Counted from the stretch's first letter, positions 46,811-62,517 are shown. The stretch is 64,000 nt of DNA from Leptospira stimsonii (GCF_003545875.1 NZ_QHCS01000001.1:1267337-1331336); one strand, 5' to 3'. Numbers and translations: made by a program. Notes: a model not told the origin generated them from the letters alone.

Positions 46811-47752
46811 TTAAGAAAAAGATTGAAGAACGGCAATGTGTGCTTCTACGGATTCTGCCAAAGAAGTTAAGTCGTAACCTCCTTCTAAAAAAGAAAGAAC
46901 CCTTCCTTGGCAAACGTTCTTCGCGCATTCAAGAACGATTCTTGTTAATTGTTCGAAACCACAAGTGGAAATTTGCATCCCTCCAAGCGGATCGTTCTTG
47001 TGGGCATCAAAACCTGCAGATATCAAGATGATTTCCGGATTAAATCTTTCAATCGTAGGAACAATTGTTTCCTTAAATAAATTTATGTAAGTATTGTCTT
47101 CTGTTCCTGCTTTGAGAGGAATATTTTTCGTCGTCCCTATCCCCATTGCTTCTCCCGTTTCGGTCGGAAGTCCAGTCATCGGATAAAAAGGGAATTGATG
47201 GATAGAAAGGAAGAAAACGTTTGGATCTCCAAAGAAAAATTCTTGCGTTCCATTTCCATGGTGAACATCCCAATCTAAGATAAAAATTTTCTTAAGGCCA
47301 CGAAGCTGAAGGTATTTGGCTGCGATCGCTATATTATTTAACATACAAAAACCCATAATTCTATTTTGTTCAGCATGATGTCCCGGCGGTCGGAGAAGAG
47401 AGAATCCATTCTTGATTTTCCCTTCAAGCAAAGTATCTACCATGGTAGTTCCGGAACTTGCTGCTTTAAAAGCCGAAAACCACGATTTTTCCGTAAAAGG
47501 TGTGTCAGAATCGAAATAACCTCTTTTGCCTTTGGAATTCTCTATTTTTTGAATATGATTTCTACTGTGCGTTTGGTTCAGAAAATCAATTGAGATATCC
47601 TGAATCTCCGGTTGATAGAGGGAAGAAAAGTAGGTCTTCTTTTGAAGAAGTTCCATAGAGGTTATTAATCTGTCCGAGTTTTCAAAATGAGGACTCGTAG
47701 AGTTCGAGTTATGATAAAGAAATGCCTCTGAAAAAATAAGACCTGTTGCCAT
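46811..47752 (-). CDS. Histone deacetylase-family protein (AcuC/acetoin utilisation/HDAC class)
   Basis: 'RPPGHHAE', 'DWDVHHGNGTQEFF', 'SAGFDAH', 'LEGGYD' zinc-dependent deacetylase motifs. Confidence 0.85.
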   Translation of the reverse strand: MATGLIFSEAFLYHNSNSTSPHFENSDRLITSMELLQKKTYFSSLYQPEIQDISIDFLNQTHSRNHIQKIENSKGKRGYFDSDTPFTEKSWFSAFKAASSGTTMVDTLLEGKIKNGFSLLRPPGHHAEQNRIMGFCMLNNIAIAAKYLQLRGLKKIFILDWDVHHGNGTQEFFFGDPNVFFLSIHQFPFYPMTGLPTETGEAMGIGTTKNIPLKAGTEDNTYINLFKETIVPTIERFNPEIILISAGFDAHKNDPLGGMQISTCGFEQLTRIVLECAKNVCQGRVLSFLEGGYDLTSLAESVEAHIAVLQSFS

Positions 47753-47899
47753 TTTTTAACTCCAATGAGAAACTTTATTGAATCTATTATTTTCTTTATT
47801 CTAGAAAACGAATCGACCCTTTTTCAGAATTTCTCACGTCTTTCTTTTAGTTATAGTTAGTGAATTCCGACATTTAAGAGAGAAATCAATTTTTTCCGA

Positions 47900-49099
47900 A
47901 TGATCTTTGAAACCATGAATCAACAAATCTTATCATTTTTAATTATTTTCCTTTTTAGCTTATCCTCTCTTTTTTCCGACTTTGATCTTCCTTTTCCGAA
48001 CGGGAGCACAAAGAGAAAACCGATACGATTGGCGAAGGGGTTTTCTGAACCTGAAGTCGGAACTCAAAGGTCTTCGGTAAAGAAAGGACAAGAATCCAAA
48101 CAGTCGGACGAAGAAATCTTTCCGAAAAAAGAAAATACGAGAAAACAAATTTCCCCCATTGAACCTATAATTGAAGTTAAGTCCAAGGTTGTAACTACGC
48201 AAAACAAAGGTGATGCTCCTAAACAGGAAGGAAATGGGATATCAAACTTTGCAGATCAGAAGGTGCCGGAATTCTCTAGGGGGATCTATATTTCTCAGAG
48301 AACTTTAAAAAAAGTGAAAGCATTTGAAGAGCTTCGTCGGAGAAGCAAAATGCATGGAATCAATTTTCTTGTGATCGATGTCCAACCTACTGCACCTTCT
48401 AAGGAAACTTTGGATTCATTATTCGCAGAAGGTTTTTACCCAGTTGCACGTGTTGTCAATTTTGACGGCGGCCTTCCGACTGAAAACCCGTCGGACCAAA
48501 AGATAAAATCGATCCATCGGTCGATTAGAGCCGCTTGTCAATCGGGGTTTCCTGAAATTCAATTGGATTACATTCGCTATGCCGACAATTTGCAACTCAA
48601 ATTATCGTATGAAGCTCGTTACAAAAATATTTCAGGAATTATTAAGAATATTCGAAATGAAACACTGAAATGTGAAAATCTTCCTTATATCGGAGCAGAT
48701 ATTTTTGGTCGGATCCCCTTTAATCAGAACGATTCAATCGGTCAGAAAGTGGAAGTATTTGCCCAAGTAGTGGATGTTCTCTATCCAATGTTATATCCTT
48801 CTCACTTTTATGGAATGCCTGCTCGGATTAAAGATCCTTATCAAACAGTATATGACGGAACTCGTCTTACCTTAAAAAGATCCTTGAAAACAACGAGAGT
48901 CATTCCCTATATCCAAGGATTCAACATGTCCGTTGCCAAGTCCGGACTTTCTTTGTCCGATTATATAAAAGCTCAAGTTAAAGCTACGTACGATAGTGGT
49001 GCTCATGGTTTTGTGGTATGGAATGCCTGGAACGAATATGATTCTACATTCCAGGCCCTAAAGGATTATGAACGAGAGGTTAAAAAGGGTGGGAATTAG
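47900..49099 (+). CDS. Secreted protein with C-terminal putative glycoside-hydrolase-like TIM-barrel domain (DUF4015-like)
   Basis: Signal sequence, low-complexity linker, then '[10 protein letters not shown]...QLDYIRYAD...[10 protein letters not shown]'. Confidence 0.45.
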   Translation: MIFETMNQQILSFLIIFLFSLSSLFSDFDLPFPNGSTKRKPIRLAKGFSEPEVGTQRSSVKKGQESKQSDEEIFPKKENTRKQISPIEPIIEVKSKVVTTQNKGDAPKQEGNGISNFADQKVPEFSRGIYISQRTLKKVKAFEELRRRSKMHGINFLVIDVQPTAPSKETLDSLFAEGFYPVARVVNFDGGLPTENPSDQKIKSIHRSIRAACQSGFPEIQLDYIRYADNLQLKLSYEARYKNISGIIKNIRNETLKCENLPYIGADIFGRIPFNQNDSIGQKVEVFAQVVDVLYPMLYPSHFYGMPARIKDPYQTVYDGTRLTLKRSLKTTRVIPYIQGFNMSVAKSGLSLSDYIKAQVKATYDSGAHGFVVWNAWNEYDSTFQALKDYEREVKKGGN

Positions 49100-49896
49100 A
49101 TTCCTTTAAACTCTGGTTTTCTTTTTTGTTCGATCGCTTTGATCGTTTCTTTGAAATCAGCGGAAATAAAGTTTCTCGCCTGAGATTCCGCTTCCTTTTT
49201 TAGAGCGGCTTCCAATTTCTCACGGTCGTAAGTATTTTTCTTCAGTTCGCTCAAGGCGAGTGGGGCACTTTCTGAGAGGGCGATTGCAATTTCTGTGGCT
49301 CTTCCTAGGACTTCTTTCTGAGGAACTGAGTCATTGCAGAGGCCTGCCCGGAACGCATCATCTCCATTTAAAGTTTCAGCAAGAAATAGAAGACGATTGG
49401 CCACATGAGTTCCAAAAAGCTCTTTCACAATATAACTTGAACCCATACCAGGATGAATTCCTAACTTTACAAAGTTAAACTGATATTTTCCTTCGTTCGC
49501 GAATACTCGAATGTCGCAGGCAAAAGCGAGAGAAAGTCCAGCCCCTATCGCGTGACCATTCGCGGCGCAAATCACGGGGATATCCAATCTTCTTACCGAA
49601 AGAAAGAGATTGTAGAATTCAAACATTGTTTTTTTATTCGTCTCGAAATCTTTCGTAGAAAATGATTTCAGGAGTTCAAAATTGCCCCCAGCGGAGAAAA
49701 TTCCATTCTTCCCGGTGAGAATGACGGCTCTTGGTTTCGATTTTTCAGGAGAATCCAATAAAGTGTCGATGGTTTTCTTAAATTCAAGGCCCATTTCTCG
49801 GGTCATGGAATTCCGACTTTCCGGATTATTTAAGCTTAAAGTCAGGATCTTGTTTCCTGAACCCAGATCGATAGTGTCTTGATCGATTAATCCCAT
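49096..49896 (-). CDS. Enoyl-CoA hydratase/isomerase (crotonase family)
   Basis: 'FSAGGNF' and '[23 protein letters not shown]' oxyanion-hole segments. 266 aa. Confidence 0.85.
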   Translation of the reverse strand: MGLIDQDTIDLGSGNKILTLSLNNPESRNSMTREMGLEFKKTIDTLLDSPEKSKPRAVILTGKNGIFSAGGNFELLKSFSTKDFETNKKTMFEFYNLFLSVRRLDIPVICAANGHAIGAGLSLAFACDIRVFANEGKYQFNFVKLGIHPGMGSSYIVKELFGTHVANRLLFLAETLNGDDAFRAGLCNDSVPQKEVLGRATEIAIALSESAPLALSELKKNTYDREKLEAALKKEAESQARNFISADFKETIKAIEQKRKPEFKGI

Positions 49897-50423
49897 TAAA
49901 CTGCTTTTCTCTCCAACTCAAAGCTTTCATACCAAATTCGATCGGATACGGTCAACGGTTTTTCGCCAATTCCCATCTGGACAAAATATTCAAGGAGGGT
50001 ATCGAGATGAATCGCTTCCTCATCCTCTAACGTCCAAAAGGTAGAATCGATTGATTTCGAGATCAGAGCTTGTCCTCTTACTGTATCTTGAAAATACTCC
50101 GGTTTTCCCGAAAAAATCAAATGAGCAGAGATAAGGTCGAAACGAATTGTTTCGATGATTTTCTTAAATTGGGGTTCCGACTTTTCGAAGTATCTCGAAG
50201 CGATCTCTGTTTGAAAATAGTCGCCCCAGGTCAAAATATCGGGTTCCACTCCGGTTCGTTCTCGAATTTCTGCGACCTTCTCTTCCTCGATAAAAGGAGT
50301 CATCGCAAATCGGTCTACGAGTTCTTTTAAAGCGATCAAATCCAGGATTTTCCCGGCTGATAGCTTTCCCTGTTTCATCATATCGAATAATTCCGGGTTG
50401 AGTTCCGACTTTCTTGTATCCAT
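49896..50423 (-). CDS. Hypothetical protein, co-transcribed with enoyl-CoA hydratase (1-nt overlap)
   Basis: 175-aa ORF whose stop overlaps the hydratase start. Confidence 0.4.
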   Translation of the reverse strand: MDTRKSELNPELFDMMKQGKLSAGKILDLIALKELVDRFAMTPFIEEEKVAEIRERTGVEPDILTWGDYFQTEIASRYFEKSEPQFKKIIETIRFDLISAHLIFSGKPEYFQDTVRGQALISKSIDSTFWTLEDEEAIHLDTLLEYFVQMGIGEKPLTVSDRIWYESFELERKAV

Positions 50424-50582
50424 ACCTTCTTTTTCGGGTTTTTCCGAAACCTTCCTCTGGATTTTTTTTTCTCTCGAGTTCTCTTTTCCAAATGCTTATG
50501 TCCCTTTCAAATAGCCCGACTGAATTCCGACTTCCTAAAAGCCGATACTAAGATAGAATCTCGCGTTCAACGAAAAAAAAAC

Positions 50583-51863
50583 ATGGCAGTCGGTAGATCA
50601 GATAGTTTACAGGAACTCATAACGATTCTCGAAACGATGTTTGGGGAGACAATCATTGGAACCGATATCAATCTTGTAAAACATCTCTTCTATTATCTCA
50701 AAGCGGACGACGTAGAATTCCCTTTCGACTACGACGGACAAAAATATTTCGCCATTGTGGAGGATATTGAAGAGACGACCGTAAATCTCCGAATCCCTGG
50801 TGCGACGCAGGGGCTTACACTTCGTGCAAAGATCAGTTTCGAGATCATGAACATTCTCTATCAGTTCGAGGTTGTCATATTAGAATTCTTAGAAGAAGGA
50901 ATTAAAATTAGAATTCCATCAGAGCTCCAAGCCGCATCCTTTCGCAAGAATATCCGAGTCGCGGTAGACGACCTCTTTATGAACTACGTAATTCTTTTTC
51001 GCTCTCTCTCGGGAGGAGGGCGAGAAATCGGAAGGAATATTCAAGTCGAACAGAGATTTAATAACTTGATGAGGGAAATTAAAAAGGACAATCCGGATCT
51101 TCGACTCATAAATATTATGATTTCCGAATATATTTCCACGGTTTCGAAGGAATACGACATCGTTTTCTTTTCCGCAGAGAAGAAGGACGAAGTTTTTCTG
51201 GAATCTTTTATTCGAAGACACGATAAGCCGATTTTTATCTCCGATACTTCATTGATAATCAATTACATTCGTGAGACTGACCCTTCGGAAGTGGGTAACT
51301 ACCGCGAAGAATACATCCGTATGGTTTTGGAAAACGGGCAGGATTATGCGGATAAATTTTTTAGGGAACTCCAAAAAAACGAGATTCGGGATTTCCTTGT
51401 CTCTTACATGATTCTACCTATCAGGCTCTTTAACGACGTCGTAGGTTATATACGGGTTTATGCCTCCGCTATGGATCGATATTCGATTACTCCTTCCCAG
51501 GCGGGTTATTTGATCGAACTATCTGAAATTTTCAGTTACTCTATGACGAAGATTTTCATCCGAGCGGACAACTATCGTCAGACAAAGGCGGCCACGCGAG
51601 TCGTAGACATCAGTATCAACGGGCTCCTCTTTGAGATCGACGAAGAGAGAATCTTTCATTATTTAAAAAAGCATAATATTCTAAAAATATTCATTCCTCT
51701 TACGGAAAGGACTCTGATCCTGAGGGGGGAGGTTGTACGATATATCGTTGCGGGCGACGGTAAATTCAATCTTGGTGTGAATTTTTTTGATTCCAATCCG
51801 GACGATATGTTAGTCCTTCAAAAATATATCTTTACTAGAACTCGGAAGATTCTTTCAGAATGA
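50583..51863 (+). CDS. Hypothetical protein with probable C-terminal PilZ (c-di-GMP-binding) domain
   Basis: '[20 protein letters not shown]' fits the PilZ RxxxR ... DxSxxG signature. A weaker PilZ-like segment occurs earlier. Confidence 0.45.
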   Translation: MAVGRSDSLQELITILETMFGETIIGTDINLVKHLFYYLKADDVEFPFDYDGQKYFAIVEDIEETTVNLRIPGATQGLTLRAKISFEIMNILYQFEVVILEFLEEGIKIRIPSELQAASFRKNIRVAVDDLFMNYVILFRSLSGGGREIGRNIQVEQRFNNLMREIKKDNPDLRLINIMISEYISTVSKEYDIVFFSAEKKDEVFLESFIRRHDKPIFISDTSLIINYIRETDPSEVGNYREEYIRMVLENGQDYADKFFRELQKNEIRDFLVSYMILPIRLFNDVVGYIRVYASAMDRYSITPSQAGYLIELSEIFSYSMTKIFIRADNYRQTKAATRVVDISINGLLFEIDEERIFHYLKKHNILKIFIPLTERTLILRGEVVRYIVAGDGKFNLGVNFFDSNPDDMLVLQKYIFTRTRKILSE

Positions 51864-53054
51864 TCCGATTAATGCAGGCGCTTTCAACAAATAGGAATCT
51901 CCGGGCTGTGAAGCCGGTTTAAAGGTCTTATACTTTTCGAAAGATTCGCTTAACAATCTTTTGAAGTTGGCTACTTGTTCCAATTCTCCAAGACTACTCT
52001 GTCCGGATTCAGAAGTGAGTTCTGTGATCTTGTCTATGTAAAGTTTGCTCGCAAGAAGGTGAACGCGATAATCGGACGGATTGAGAAGGTCTGCGTTTCT
52101 CGTAAGCCTTTCCGAAATCTCAAAATAAGTGTCGGATTTTTTTCTCTTTGCGGACGCTTCAATCGGAGATCTTCCCGGTTTGGATTCTTCTCGATAAAGA
52201 TAGTAATATGTTGTTGCGGAATTGATTAAGAGTTCCGGGTCTACTTTGGTCAATTTAAACGCCTCTTGGACCACATCCATTGTCTTGGAAAGAATGATCG
52301 AATTTTTGAATCCTTCCGTTTCGTATTTATGATTTAGGTAATCGATGTATTCCACATAGAATTCCAATTCTTCTTGAGCGTTACCGAAACGTTTTCGATT
52401 TTTCCAGGCCATGGAGAATTCGGAACCGGCGGAGATATAAGCTTCCCCCGTTTTTTTATAGAGCAATCCTAAACGGAAATGACCCATCGGAGAAGAAGGA
52501 TCGAGACTGATCGTATGTTTATAAGAACGTATGGATTCTGCGATTTCGTTTCGAGAAAGGTGGTAGTCTCCCTTTTTTCTTTCCACGATCGCGGATTCGA
52601 TTTTTTCAGAAACGAGAGGAGCCGCCACCATGAGATTCCTATCTTTTACTAATCCAAGATTTCCGATTCCTCTTGCCCTTTTCCCGATAAACGAAGTCTG
52701 AAAAATGGATTTGATTTCGATCTGCGCGACGATGTTTCCGTTCTTGTAATTCTTATGATCGAAATCTTTTTCTATTAGGTAGAGAATTTGTCCTACTCTT
52801 AAACCGGGATCGTAATTGATCTTGATCGTCACAAGATCGGCTCTTGTATCCACGCCGATGTCCAGATTCTTATTTTTTCCTTCTTCTTCGATCGGTTTTA
52901 CTTTATCGTATAGAACCGTCTCTCCTACGAGAATCATCTTTTCCTTTTCGGGTTTCCCCGGTTCTCGAAACGCGTAAACGAGTTCACGAGCCTCGATAAC
53001 TCCAGCCAGTGTGGAAATCAGAATTATTAGAATGGAAATCAGAAAGGTTCTCAC
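51855..53054 (-). CDS. Hypothetical secreted protein (TPR-like C-terminal half)
   Basis: Signal peptide '[19 protein letters not shown]'. 399 aa. Confidence 0.4.
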   Translation of the reverse strand: MRTFLISILIILISTLAGVIEARELVYAFREPGKPEKEKMILVGETVLYDKVKPIEEEGKNKNLDIGVDTRADLVTIKINYDPGLRVGQILYLIEKDFDHKNYKNGNIVAQIEIKSIFQTSFIGKRARGIGNLGLVKDRNLMVAAPLVSEKIESAIVERKKGDYHLSRNEIAESIRSYKHTISLDPSSPMGHFRLGLLYKKTGEAYISAGSEFSMAWKNRKRFGNAQEELEFYVEYIDYLNHKYETEGFKNSIILSKTMDVVQEAFKLTKVDPELLINSATTYYYLYREESKPGRSPIEASAKRKKSDTYFEISERLTRNADLLNPSDYRVHLLASKLYIDKITELTSESGQSSLGELEQVANFKRLLSESFEKYKTFKPASQPGDSYLLKAPALIGSF

Positions 53055-53324
53055 CTTCCAAAGATCGGCCGTTTGTGCAAACCTACTCTGAAAAAAACGT
53101 TTCCTTTCGAATTTCTGAACCTTAGAATCGTACGGTCCGATTCGTTCCGAAGTCTCAGTGGAAAATTCGGAATCGTTCCTAAGGCAGTTTGTATTTCGTT
53201 CTCTTTGTTTTTCGAAAGATGTTCCGTTCCTTGAAAAAAGGGAGTTCCAATTTTCGGATATGCTCTTATTTTCTCGGGTTCTTATTGTTTCTGCCTTCGA
53301 TTTCGGATTGTTTTCAAAAAGATT

Positions 53325-54038
53325 TTAGGAGCGAGCCGGGTTCAAGGTTTCGAACGTGGAAAGCCTTAAATACGAATGTTCGGCTTGTTTTGAATTTCCG
53401 GGTCTTTCTAGAATTGCCGCTCTGAGATCGGCTCCGATCGCGGCGTCCGCTTCTTCTTTTATATCCGTAAAGAATAGAATTTTTCTCGGTTCCACTCCGA
53501 GTTCTTTTGCGATCTTAGAATAACTGGAGGATTCCCTTTTACCGCCGACTGCGGTGTCGAAATAACCGGAAAAATATTTCGTAAGATCTCCCGATTCGGA
53601 ATATTCGAATATTAGCTTTTGCGCTTGAACACTTCCGGAAGAATAAACGGCCGCCTTCTTTTGCGCGAATTGAATTCTTTTTAAAAAATCGGGAACATCA
53701 GGAAACATGAGACTTTTCAGTTCTCCGGTCTCATATCCGATCTTCCAAATTCTTCCTTGAATTTCCTTTAACGGTCCGCTCTTCCGATCCACGGAAACGA
53801 GATATTTACAATAGGCGCTGAGATCCTCCGCCGATTCTCCGATCTTTCCGTTGTAGGTCGTATCGTTCTTCGCTTCCTCTAAAAGTTTCCCTTTCCATTC
53901 TTCTTCCAATCCCGACGTCTGAAAAAAAGAATCCATCTTCTGAACGGAATAAGGAAAGAGAACTTTATGTACGAACTCGATCGGCGTGGTCGTTCCTTCT
54001 ATGTCGAATAAAAATAATTGAATAGGTCCCAGATCCAA
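53325..54038 (-). CDS. HAD-superfamily enolase-phosphatase E1-like (MtnC-like)
   Basis: N-terminal 'LFLFDIEGTTTPIEFV' matches the MtnC/Utr4 'LLDIEGTTTPI' motif I. C-terminal 'FFTDIKEEADAA' HAD motifs. Confidence 0.6.
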   Translation of the reverse strand: MDLGPIQLFLFDIEGTTTPIEFVHKVLFPYSVQKMDSFFQTSGLEEEWKGKLLEEAKNDTTYNGKIGESAEDLSAYCKYLVSVDRKSGPLKEIQGRIWKIGYETGELKSLMFPDVPDFLKRIQFAQKKAAVYSSGSVQAQKLIFEYSESGDLTKYFSGYFDTAVGGKRESSSYSKIAKELGVEPRKILFFTDIKEEADAAIGADLRAAILERPGNSKQAEHSYLRLSTFETLNPARS

Positions 54039-55427
<1,389 letters not shown>

Positions 55428-55629
55428 GTTCTCTCCAGAGTCTCTTTGTTTGTTCGGCGAATTCCAAACAATGGAGAGAGCGGAGGAAAACTCAAGGAAA
55501 CTTTATCGGGAGATTTCGATTTTAAAATCTCTTGTTCGAGCGTAAGTAACGAGACATAGACTTTCGAACTGTTTCCTTTCTCAACCTTTGAATTGAAAAA
55601 TAGATCTTTCTTGATTCAAGGAAGAATAA

Positions 55630-56628
<999 letters not shown>

Positions 56629-56643
56629 AATTCTAAAATCTCA

Positions 56644-57654
56644 TCAACTCTTTCTGTAAACGAATACGAAAGAAAGAGTAAAAAGAAATCCTAAAATAGC
56701 CACTAATCCTAAAATCGATCGTTCCGTCGTCGGGAACCAAGTTCCGTTTTCGATCTTACGATTGACACGTTCGGTTTCCATATCCATGACTGGTGCTCCT
56801 CCGGAAACGGAAATCGAAACCTCGTACTGAGGAGCCGGATAACCGATCTTGAAGGCCTTCATATCGGAAGGAACGTCTTCTTCGATTTTTTCCTGCTTGG
56901 AAGCGCCGATGAAGGAGACGTTCATATCCCCCGGTTTGGAAAATACGGCGCGAAATCCTTCGCTCTTCTCCGCCAACATTCTATCTTTAAACGTCACGGT
57001 GGAGAGATTGCTCGCGGGAATCGTATAAGAAATTTGTAATTCAGAACTTCCGGGAAGTATCGCACGATCCAAAAATTTTCCGTTCGGTCCGTCTTGGAGC
57101 TGAAGAGGAATCGCCATCCTCGCTTCTCCTTGCGTGAGTTGTCCGACTACTTCGGTCGCCTCGGAAGGGACAAAAATCTCGAACGGATTTTGTTCGTCTT
57201 GATAACTCTTAGGAGGAATCGTATTGTTTGAGATGAGAAAAATTTTGAATACGCGGAGGAAATCTTTTCCTCTTGTGATCTGCATCGCCGATCTGGTTCG
57301 TACCAAAGATTTGTCCTTTGTCTTTTCATAGACAACGATCTCTTGGACCGCGGAACGCATCACCGGGACAGGAGGCACCATCTTATTATAATTGACCCCC
57401 GCATACTTCGCTTGGAGAAGAATCGGTGATTGGTCGGGAACGGAGAGTTTGGAAACGACAAAGTCTCCTTTTGCGGGTCCTAAGTCCTTGATCGGGATCA
57501 TTCCTTGTTGGAGTGCGATGATTCGAAGGGATTCTATGTTTCCTTCTTTGCCGGTCGTTCCGTTTTTGATGCGGATCTTGAGTTCGATTTCTTCCGAATG
57601 AATGGAAACTTGTACAAAGAAAAGGATGGATAAGATCGTTAGGATTGTTTTCAT
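56644..57654 (-). CDS. Hypothetical secreted protein with C-terminal membrane anchor
   Basis: Signal peptide plus C-terminal TM 'ILGLVAILGFLFTLSFVFVY'. Confidence 0.4.
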   Translation of the reverse strand: MKTILTILSILFFVQVSIHSEEIELKIRIKNGTTGKEGNIESLRIIALQQGMIPIKDLGPAKGDFVVSKLSVPDQSPILLQAKYAGVNYNKMVPPVPVMRSAVQEIVVYEKTKDKSLVRTRSAMQITRGKDFLRVFKIFLISNNTIPPKSYQDEQNPFEIFVPSEATEVVGQLTQGEARMAIPLQLQDGPNGKFLDRAILPGSSELQISYTIPASNLSTVTFKDRMLAEKSEGFRAVFSKPGDMNVSFIGASKQEKIEEDVPSDMKAFKIGYPAPQYEVSISVSGGAPVMDMETERVNRKIENGTWFPTTERSILGLVAILGFLFTLSFVFVYRKS

Positions 57655-57787
57655 CTCAGGCTCTTAAAGTCAGTTTTATTCCACCCTCTTAAAAAGAAAA
57701 TCCTTTACACTCGCTTTTGTTCTCGTAGCTTGTATTCTCTTTGAACGATTGTGTCGTTCGTTTAGACCGTTTTTATGGAGTGTGGAG

Positions 57788-58867
<1,080 letters not shown>

Positions 58868-59300
58868 AATGATACCTTTCCTCCGGCGGAGTCGGCCGGC
58901 GTCGTAAAAACTAAAAAAAGTGTGAGTTCCTACTTTTTTCTAAAAAAGAAAAGTCGGAACTCAAGCCCATACATTCTTCCCTGATTCGATCGGTCCGACA
59001 AAAGGTGCCTCGAAAAAAAACTTGCAAACGGACCGAAGTTTGTCCGGTGCGCGCTCGGAGAAATTTCTCCAAAACTGGCTCGTGTAGTTCCGTCATGGAT
59101 GGAAGAAGACGGCCGAATCTCGAACTCAAGAACCGGCCAAAACCTACTCGAGGGAATGAAGTTGCCAAAGAGAAAGCGAGAGGATTTTCTGGATTTCAGA
59201 CCTTGCTTTCGAAAAGAAAGAATCAAATTCTTCTTTGATACGAAAAAGAATTCGAGACGAGAAGGTCGGAATCGAAAGAAATATTTTTGGAAATAAGATT

Positions 59301-59759
59301 ATGAGACCATTTAAGATATTAGGAATTCAGCAGATCGCAGTCGGCGGAGAAGACAAGAAAAAACTCGAAACGTTTTGGGTCGACATCCTCGGATTGGAAA
59401 AAACGGGAACCTTTCGAAGCGAGAAAGAAAACGTAGACGAAGATATTCTAAGAATCGGAAAGGGACCTTTCGCGGTCGAAGTCGATATCATGCAACCGAT
59501 CGACGCAAACAAAAGCCCGAAAGTGCACGAACCGAAACTCAATCATATCGGACTCTGGGTGGACGATATTCACAAAGCGGTCGAATGGTTAACGGCAAAA
59601 GGAGTTCGTTTTACGCCGGGAGGCGTACGGAAGGGCGCGGCCGGTTACGACGTATGTTTTATTCATCCCAAAGGAAACGAGGAATTTCCTTATTGTTCCG
59701 AAGGTGTTCTCGTGGAATTGGTCCAAGCCCCGGCGGATGTGATCGCCGCTCTTCGTTAA
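59301..59759 (+). CDS. VOC/glyoxalase-family protein (methylmalonyl-CoA epimerase/glyoxalase I-like)
   Basis: '[25 protein letters not shown]' is a typical VOC second module, with '[14 protein letters not shown]' at the N-terminus. Start at the ATG 59301. Confidence 0.7.
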   Translation: MRPFKILGIQQIAVGGEDKKKLETFWVDILGLEKTGTFRSEKENVDEDILRIGKGPFAVEVDIMQPIDANKSPKVHEPKLNHIGLWVDDIHKAVEWLTAKGVRFTPGGVRKGAAGYDVCFIHPKGNEEFPYCSEGVLVELVQAPADVIAALR

Positions 59760-59958
59760 ATTTTTCGGGCGTGCCGCTGATTTTTTTTGAACATCAACGT
59801 TCGATCGAAATCGCGGCCGCGCTCTCCGCTCCATTCAACAAATTGAATTTTCTATTTTTTGAATGTTCTTTTTTAAAACGCCAATTTGTTGAATCCGCAT
59901 CGATCGCTCACGCGGTCTATATTCAAGTTCCACCGAAACGATCGAAGAGACTCCCAAA

Positions 59959-60534
59959 ATGAAGAACCCAAAAACGATTCTCGCCCTATTGACGATTCTG
60001 ATCCTAACGATCGCAAACGGCAGATTTGCGTCCGAGTCCAATCCGAAGGCGCTCTTATCGAGCCTCGATAGAAAATTCATTCCTGTTTATAAGACCGTCG
60101 TCCCAAAAGAGGGGGCCTTCGACGCGGATTATCAAGAGGAAGTCGCCAGACTTCCGAATCTTACATTGGTGAAACTTCTTAGGTCGGCAAATTTCGGATT
60201 CGAAGGCGATCCGGTCGCGTATGAGATCGAAACCGAAAACAAAATCAAAGGTTGGGTTCCCTTGGATCAAGTCTGGTTTCCGGCGAAAGTGGTTCGGATT
60301 AAAGAAGGCGATACTCTCAATGTCCGCGAACGCGAGTCTTTGGATTCGAAGATCGTGGATTCCGTCCGACCGGACGAAATTCTATATGGAAACGCGATTG
60401 TCCTGATCCAACTCGGAACCAAAGGATACGATCCGGCGGACTGGGCTCGTGTCTCCACGAAAAGGGGAAATCACGGATTCGTCAAACTCCGTTATTTTGA
60501 AATCATAGAAACGAACGTGAAACCTTATCCCTGA
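59959..60534 (+). CDS. Secreted protein with SH3b-like domain
   Basis: Signal peptide. 'KIKGWVPLDQVWFP...EGDTLNVRERESLDSKIVDSVRPDEILYG' resembles bacterial SH3_3. Confidence 0.4.
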   Translation: MKNPKTILALLTILILTIANGRFASESNPKALLSSLDRKFIPVYKTVVPKEGAFDADYQEEVARLPNLTLVKLLRSANFGFEGDPVAYEIETENKIKGWVPLDQVWFPAKVVRIKEGDTLNVRERESLDSKIVDSVRPDEILYGNAIVLIQLGTKGYDPADWARVSTKRGNHGFVKLRYFEIIETNVKPYP

Positions 60535-60633
60535 ATTTTCCGAGGCAGAACACGCTGAAGATGCGTGGAAGACGCCACGAACACGGATCGAGCCTAAGAA
60601 TATTCAAAAAATTGAAAATACGTTTCGAAAGGG

Positions 60634-62109
60634 CTATTTTTTACCCAGAAGGAAAAAGGTTCTCATCGGACCCTTTCCTTTGATCTCGATGATTCCTCTG
60701 TCTTCGAATTCGAAAAGATCTTTGAGAGCCTCATACGTAGCTTCGGAACAATTGATCTTTCCCGGTTGACCGTGGGATTCCATTCTGGAAGCGGTATTCA
60801 CCGAATCTCCCCAGAGGTCATAGACGAACTTGTTTTTTCCGATTACGCCGGCGACGACGTCCCCCGTGTGAATTCCGATTCGGATATTGAATTCGTATTT
60901 CCAAGACTTCTGAAGATCTTTCAGACCGGAAATCATTTCGATTCCGGCTAACGCGATCTTTTCAGCGTGATCGGTCGTGGGGTTCGGAATTCCTCCCGCC
61001 ATCATATAACAATCCCCGATCGTCTTGATCTTCTCGAGTTGATATTTGCTCGCGATATCGTCGAAACATGTGAAGATCTGGTTTAGAATTTCGACCAATT
61101 GATTCGGGGTCGGGATCTGAGTCGAAAGTTTCGAAAAGCCCACGATGTCCGCGAAAAGAACGGTGGAGTTCGGGATGTAATCGGCGATCACTCCTTCGCC
61201 GCTCTTCAATCTTTCCGCGATCGCTTTGGGAAGAATGTTGAGAAGAAGGCTTTCCGATTTCTGTCTTTCTTTTTCAAGACCTTCGTTTAACACGTTGATC
61301 TTTTCCAAAGAATCCTTGAGTTCTCGGTTTCTTTTGGAAAGAGTTTTGTAGGCGTCCGCGTTATCAACTCCGATTGCGACGTAGTTTGCAAGAGTTCTTA
61401 AAATGCTGAGTTGGTTTTCGTTAAACGCGTTCTTCTCGTAACTCTGAATGGTAAGAATTCCGATAAATCTTTCCTCCACCTTAAGGGGAAGATACACGAC
61501 GGAACTGGTCTTTTCCCCGAAATGTTTCTGGATCGGGGAAACATACTGTGGAAAATCTTTTTCGAGATCGTTCGTGATCAGTTCCTGGTTTTGATTATAA
61601 CAAAAGGAAGAAGGATTTTCTTCGGACAAAGAATCCACAGAAGGAGCGGGAGTATAACGACCTTCGATCAGGCTGAACTTATATTTAATCTCATTCTTAC
61701 CTTCCTCCAAAATCCCAAACGCGAGAATGTTCATAGAGACCATCGACTTCGTGTTTTCATAAACGGAAGTGAGAATGATTTTCGGTTCCAAACTCGCGGT
61801 GATCATCTGACCGATCTCGCTCAGCTGTTTTAGATTTTGATAAGAGGAAACCAATCTTTGGTTGGAATCTTGAAGTTCGGTTTGAGTTTTGATCAGACGA
61901 TTCTGAGTCGAATCCCCGATTTTCATCAGTTTCGAAGATTGTTTTAAAAGCGATTCGTACGCGTCTCCGATTTTTTTTAATTCCTGGATCAGATCGTCTT
62001 TCTGAAGAGAATCTTTTTTATCAAGGGTTTCGTTGACTTCGTTTAATAACTGAAACTCGTTTTCAAAAAAAGAATTAAAATCCTTCTGCGCTGGAGACGC
62101 TGGTTCCAT
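60634..62109 (-). CDS. Class III adenylyl/guanylyl cyclase with N-terminal coiled coil and GAF domain
   Basis: CHD motifs 'VLFADIVGFSKLS', 'KIKTIGDCYMMAGG', 'IRIGIHTGDVVAGVIG', 'YDLWGDSVNTASRMES'. The substrate-specifying Lys in 'KIKTIGD' favours ATP. A GAF-like segment precedes the CHD. Confidence 0.88.
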   Translation of the reverse strand: MEPASPAQKDFNSFFENEFQLLNEVNETLDKKDSLQKDDLIQELKKIGDAYESLLKQSSKLMKIGDSTQNRLIKTQTELQDSNQRLVSSYQNLKQLSEIGQMITASLEPKIILTSVYENTKSMVSMNILAFGILEEGKNEIKYKFSLIEGRYTPAPSVDSLSEENPSSFCYNQNQELITNDLEKDFPQYVSPIQKHFGEKTSSVVYLPLKVEERFIGILTIQSYEKNAFNENQLSILRTLANYVAIGVDNADAYKTLSKRNRELKDSLEKINVLNEGLEKERQKSESLLLNILPKAIAERLKSGEGVIADYIPNSTVLFADIVGFSKLSTQIPTPNQLVEILNQIFTCFDDIASKYQLEKIKTIGDCYMMAGGIPNPTTDHAEKIALAGIEMISGLKDLQKSWKYEFNIRIGIHTGDVVAGVIGKNKFVYDLWGDSVNTASRMESHGQPGKINCSEATYEALKDLFEFEDRGIIEIKGKGPMRTFFLLGKK

Positions 62110-62136
62110 GAATTGGTCCTCGGCCGAAGAGCGGTC

Positions 62137-62517
62137 TTATTTGTAGGATTTGAGTTCGAACGGGAGAGAAAGATCGGACGAAAATTCTTCACCGGTTTCC
62201 TGCATATCGTCGTCGTCTTCTTTATACAACCAGAGGACTTTAACCTTTCCGCTTTGATCGTGATATTTCTGAAGGGAGTCCAAAATGTCCATGATCACTT
62301 TCGAAGAGCTAGTATTAAAATAGTCCAACTGAAATTTTACTTGGATTGCGGTCTTATTTCCCATCGTGGAGTTGAGCCAGTCGAATACCGGCTTGTAGAA
62401 AGCGATCGCGTTTTCCGGATAAGATTCTCCGATGATTTCCACCACTCCTTTTTCAGTGTCCAAAATAACCTCTGGAGAAGTTTTGGTCTGTTGGATATGT
62501 AAAGATTCCATTCTCAA
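62137..62517 (-). CDS. DUF1987 (SiaC-like) partner-switch protein
   Basis: 126 aa. 'PEVILDTEKGVVEIIGESYPENAIAFYKPVFDWL' matches the DUF1987/SiaC family. Start overlaps the upstream stop by 4 nt. Confidence 0.7.
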   Translation of the reverse strand: MRMESLHIQQTKTSPEVILDTEKGVVEIIGESYPENAIAFYKPVFDWLNSTMGNKTAIQVKFQLDYFNTSSSKVIMDILDSLQKYHDQSGKVKVLWLYKEDDDDMQETGEEFSSDLSLPFELKSYK

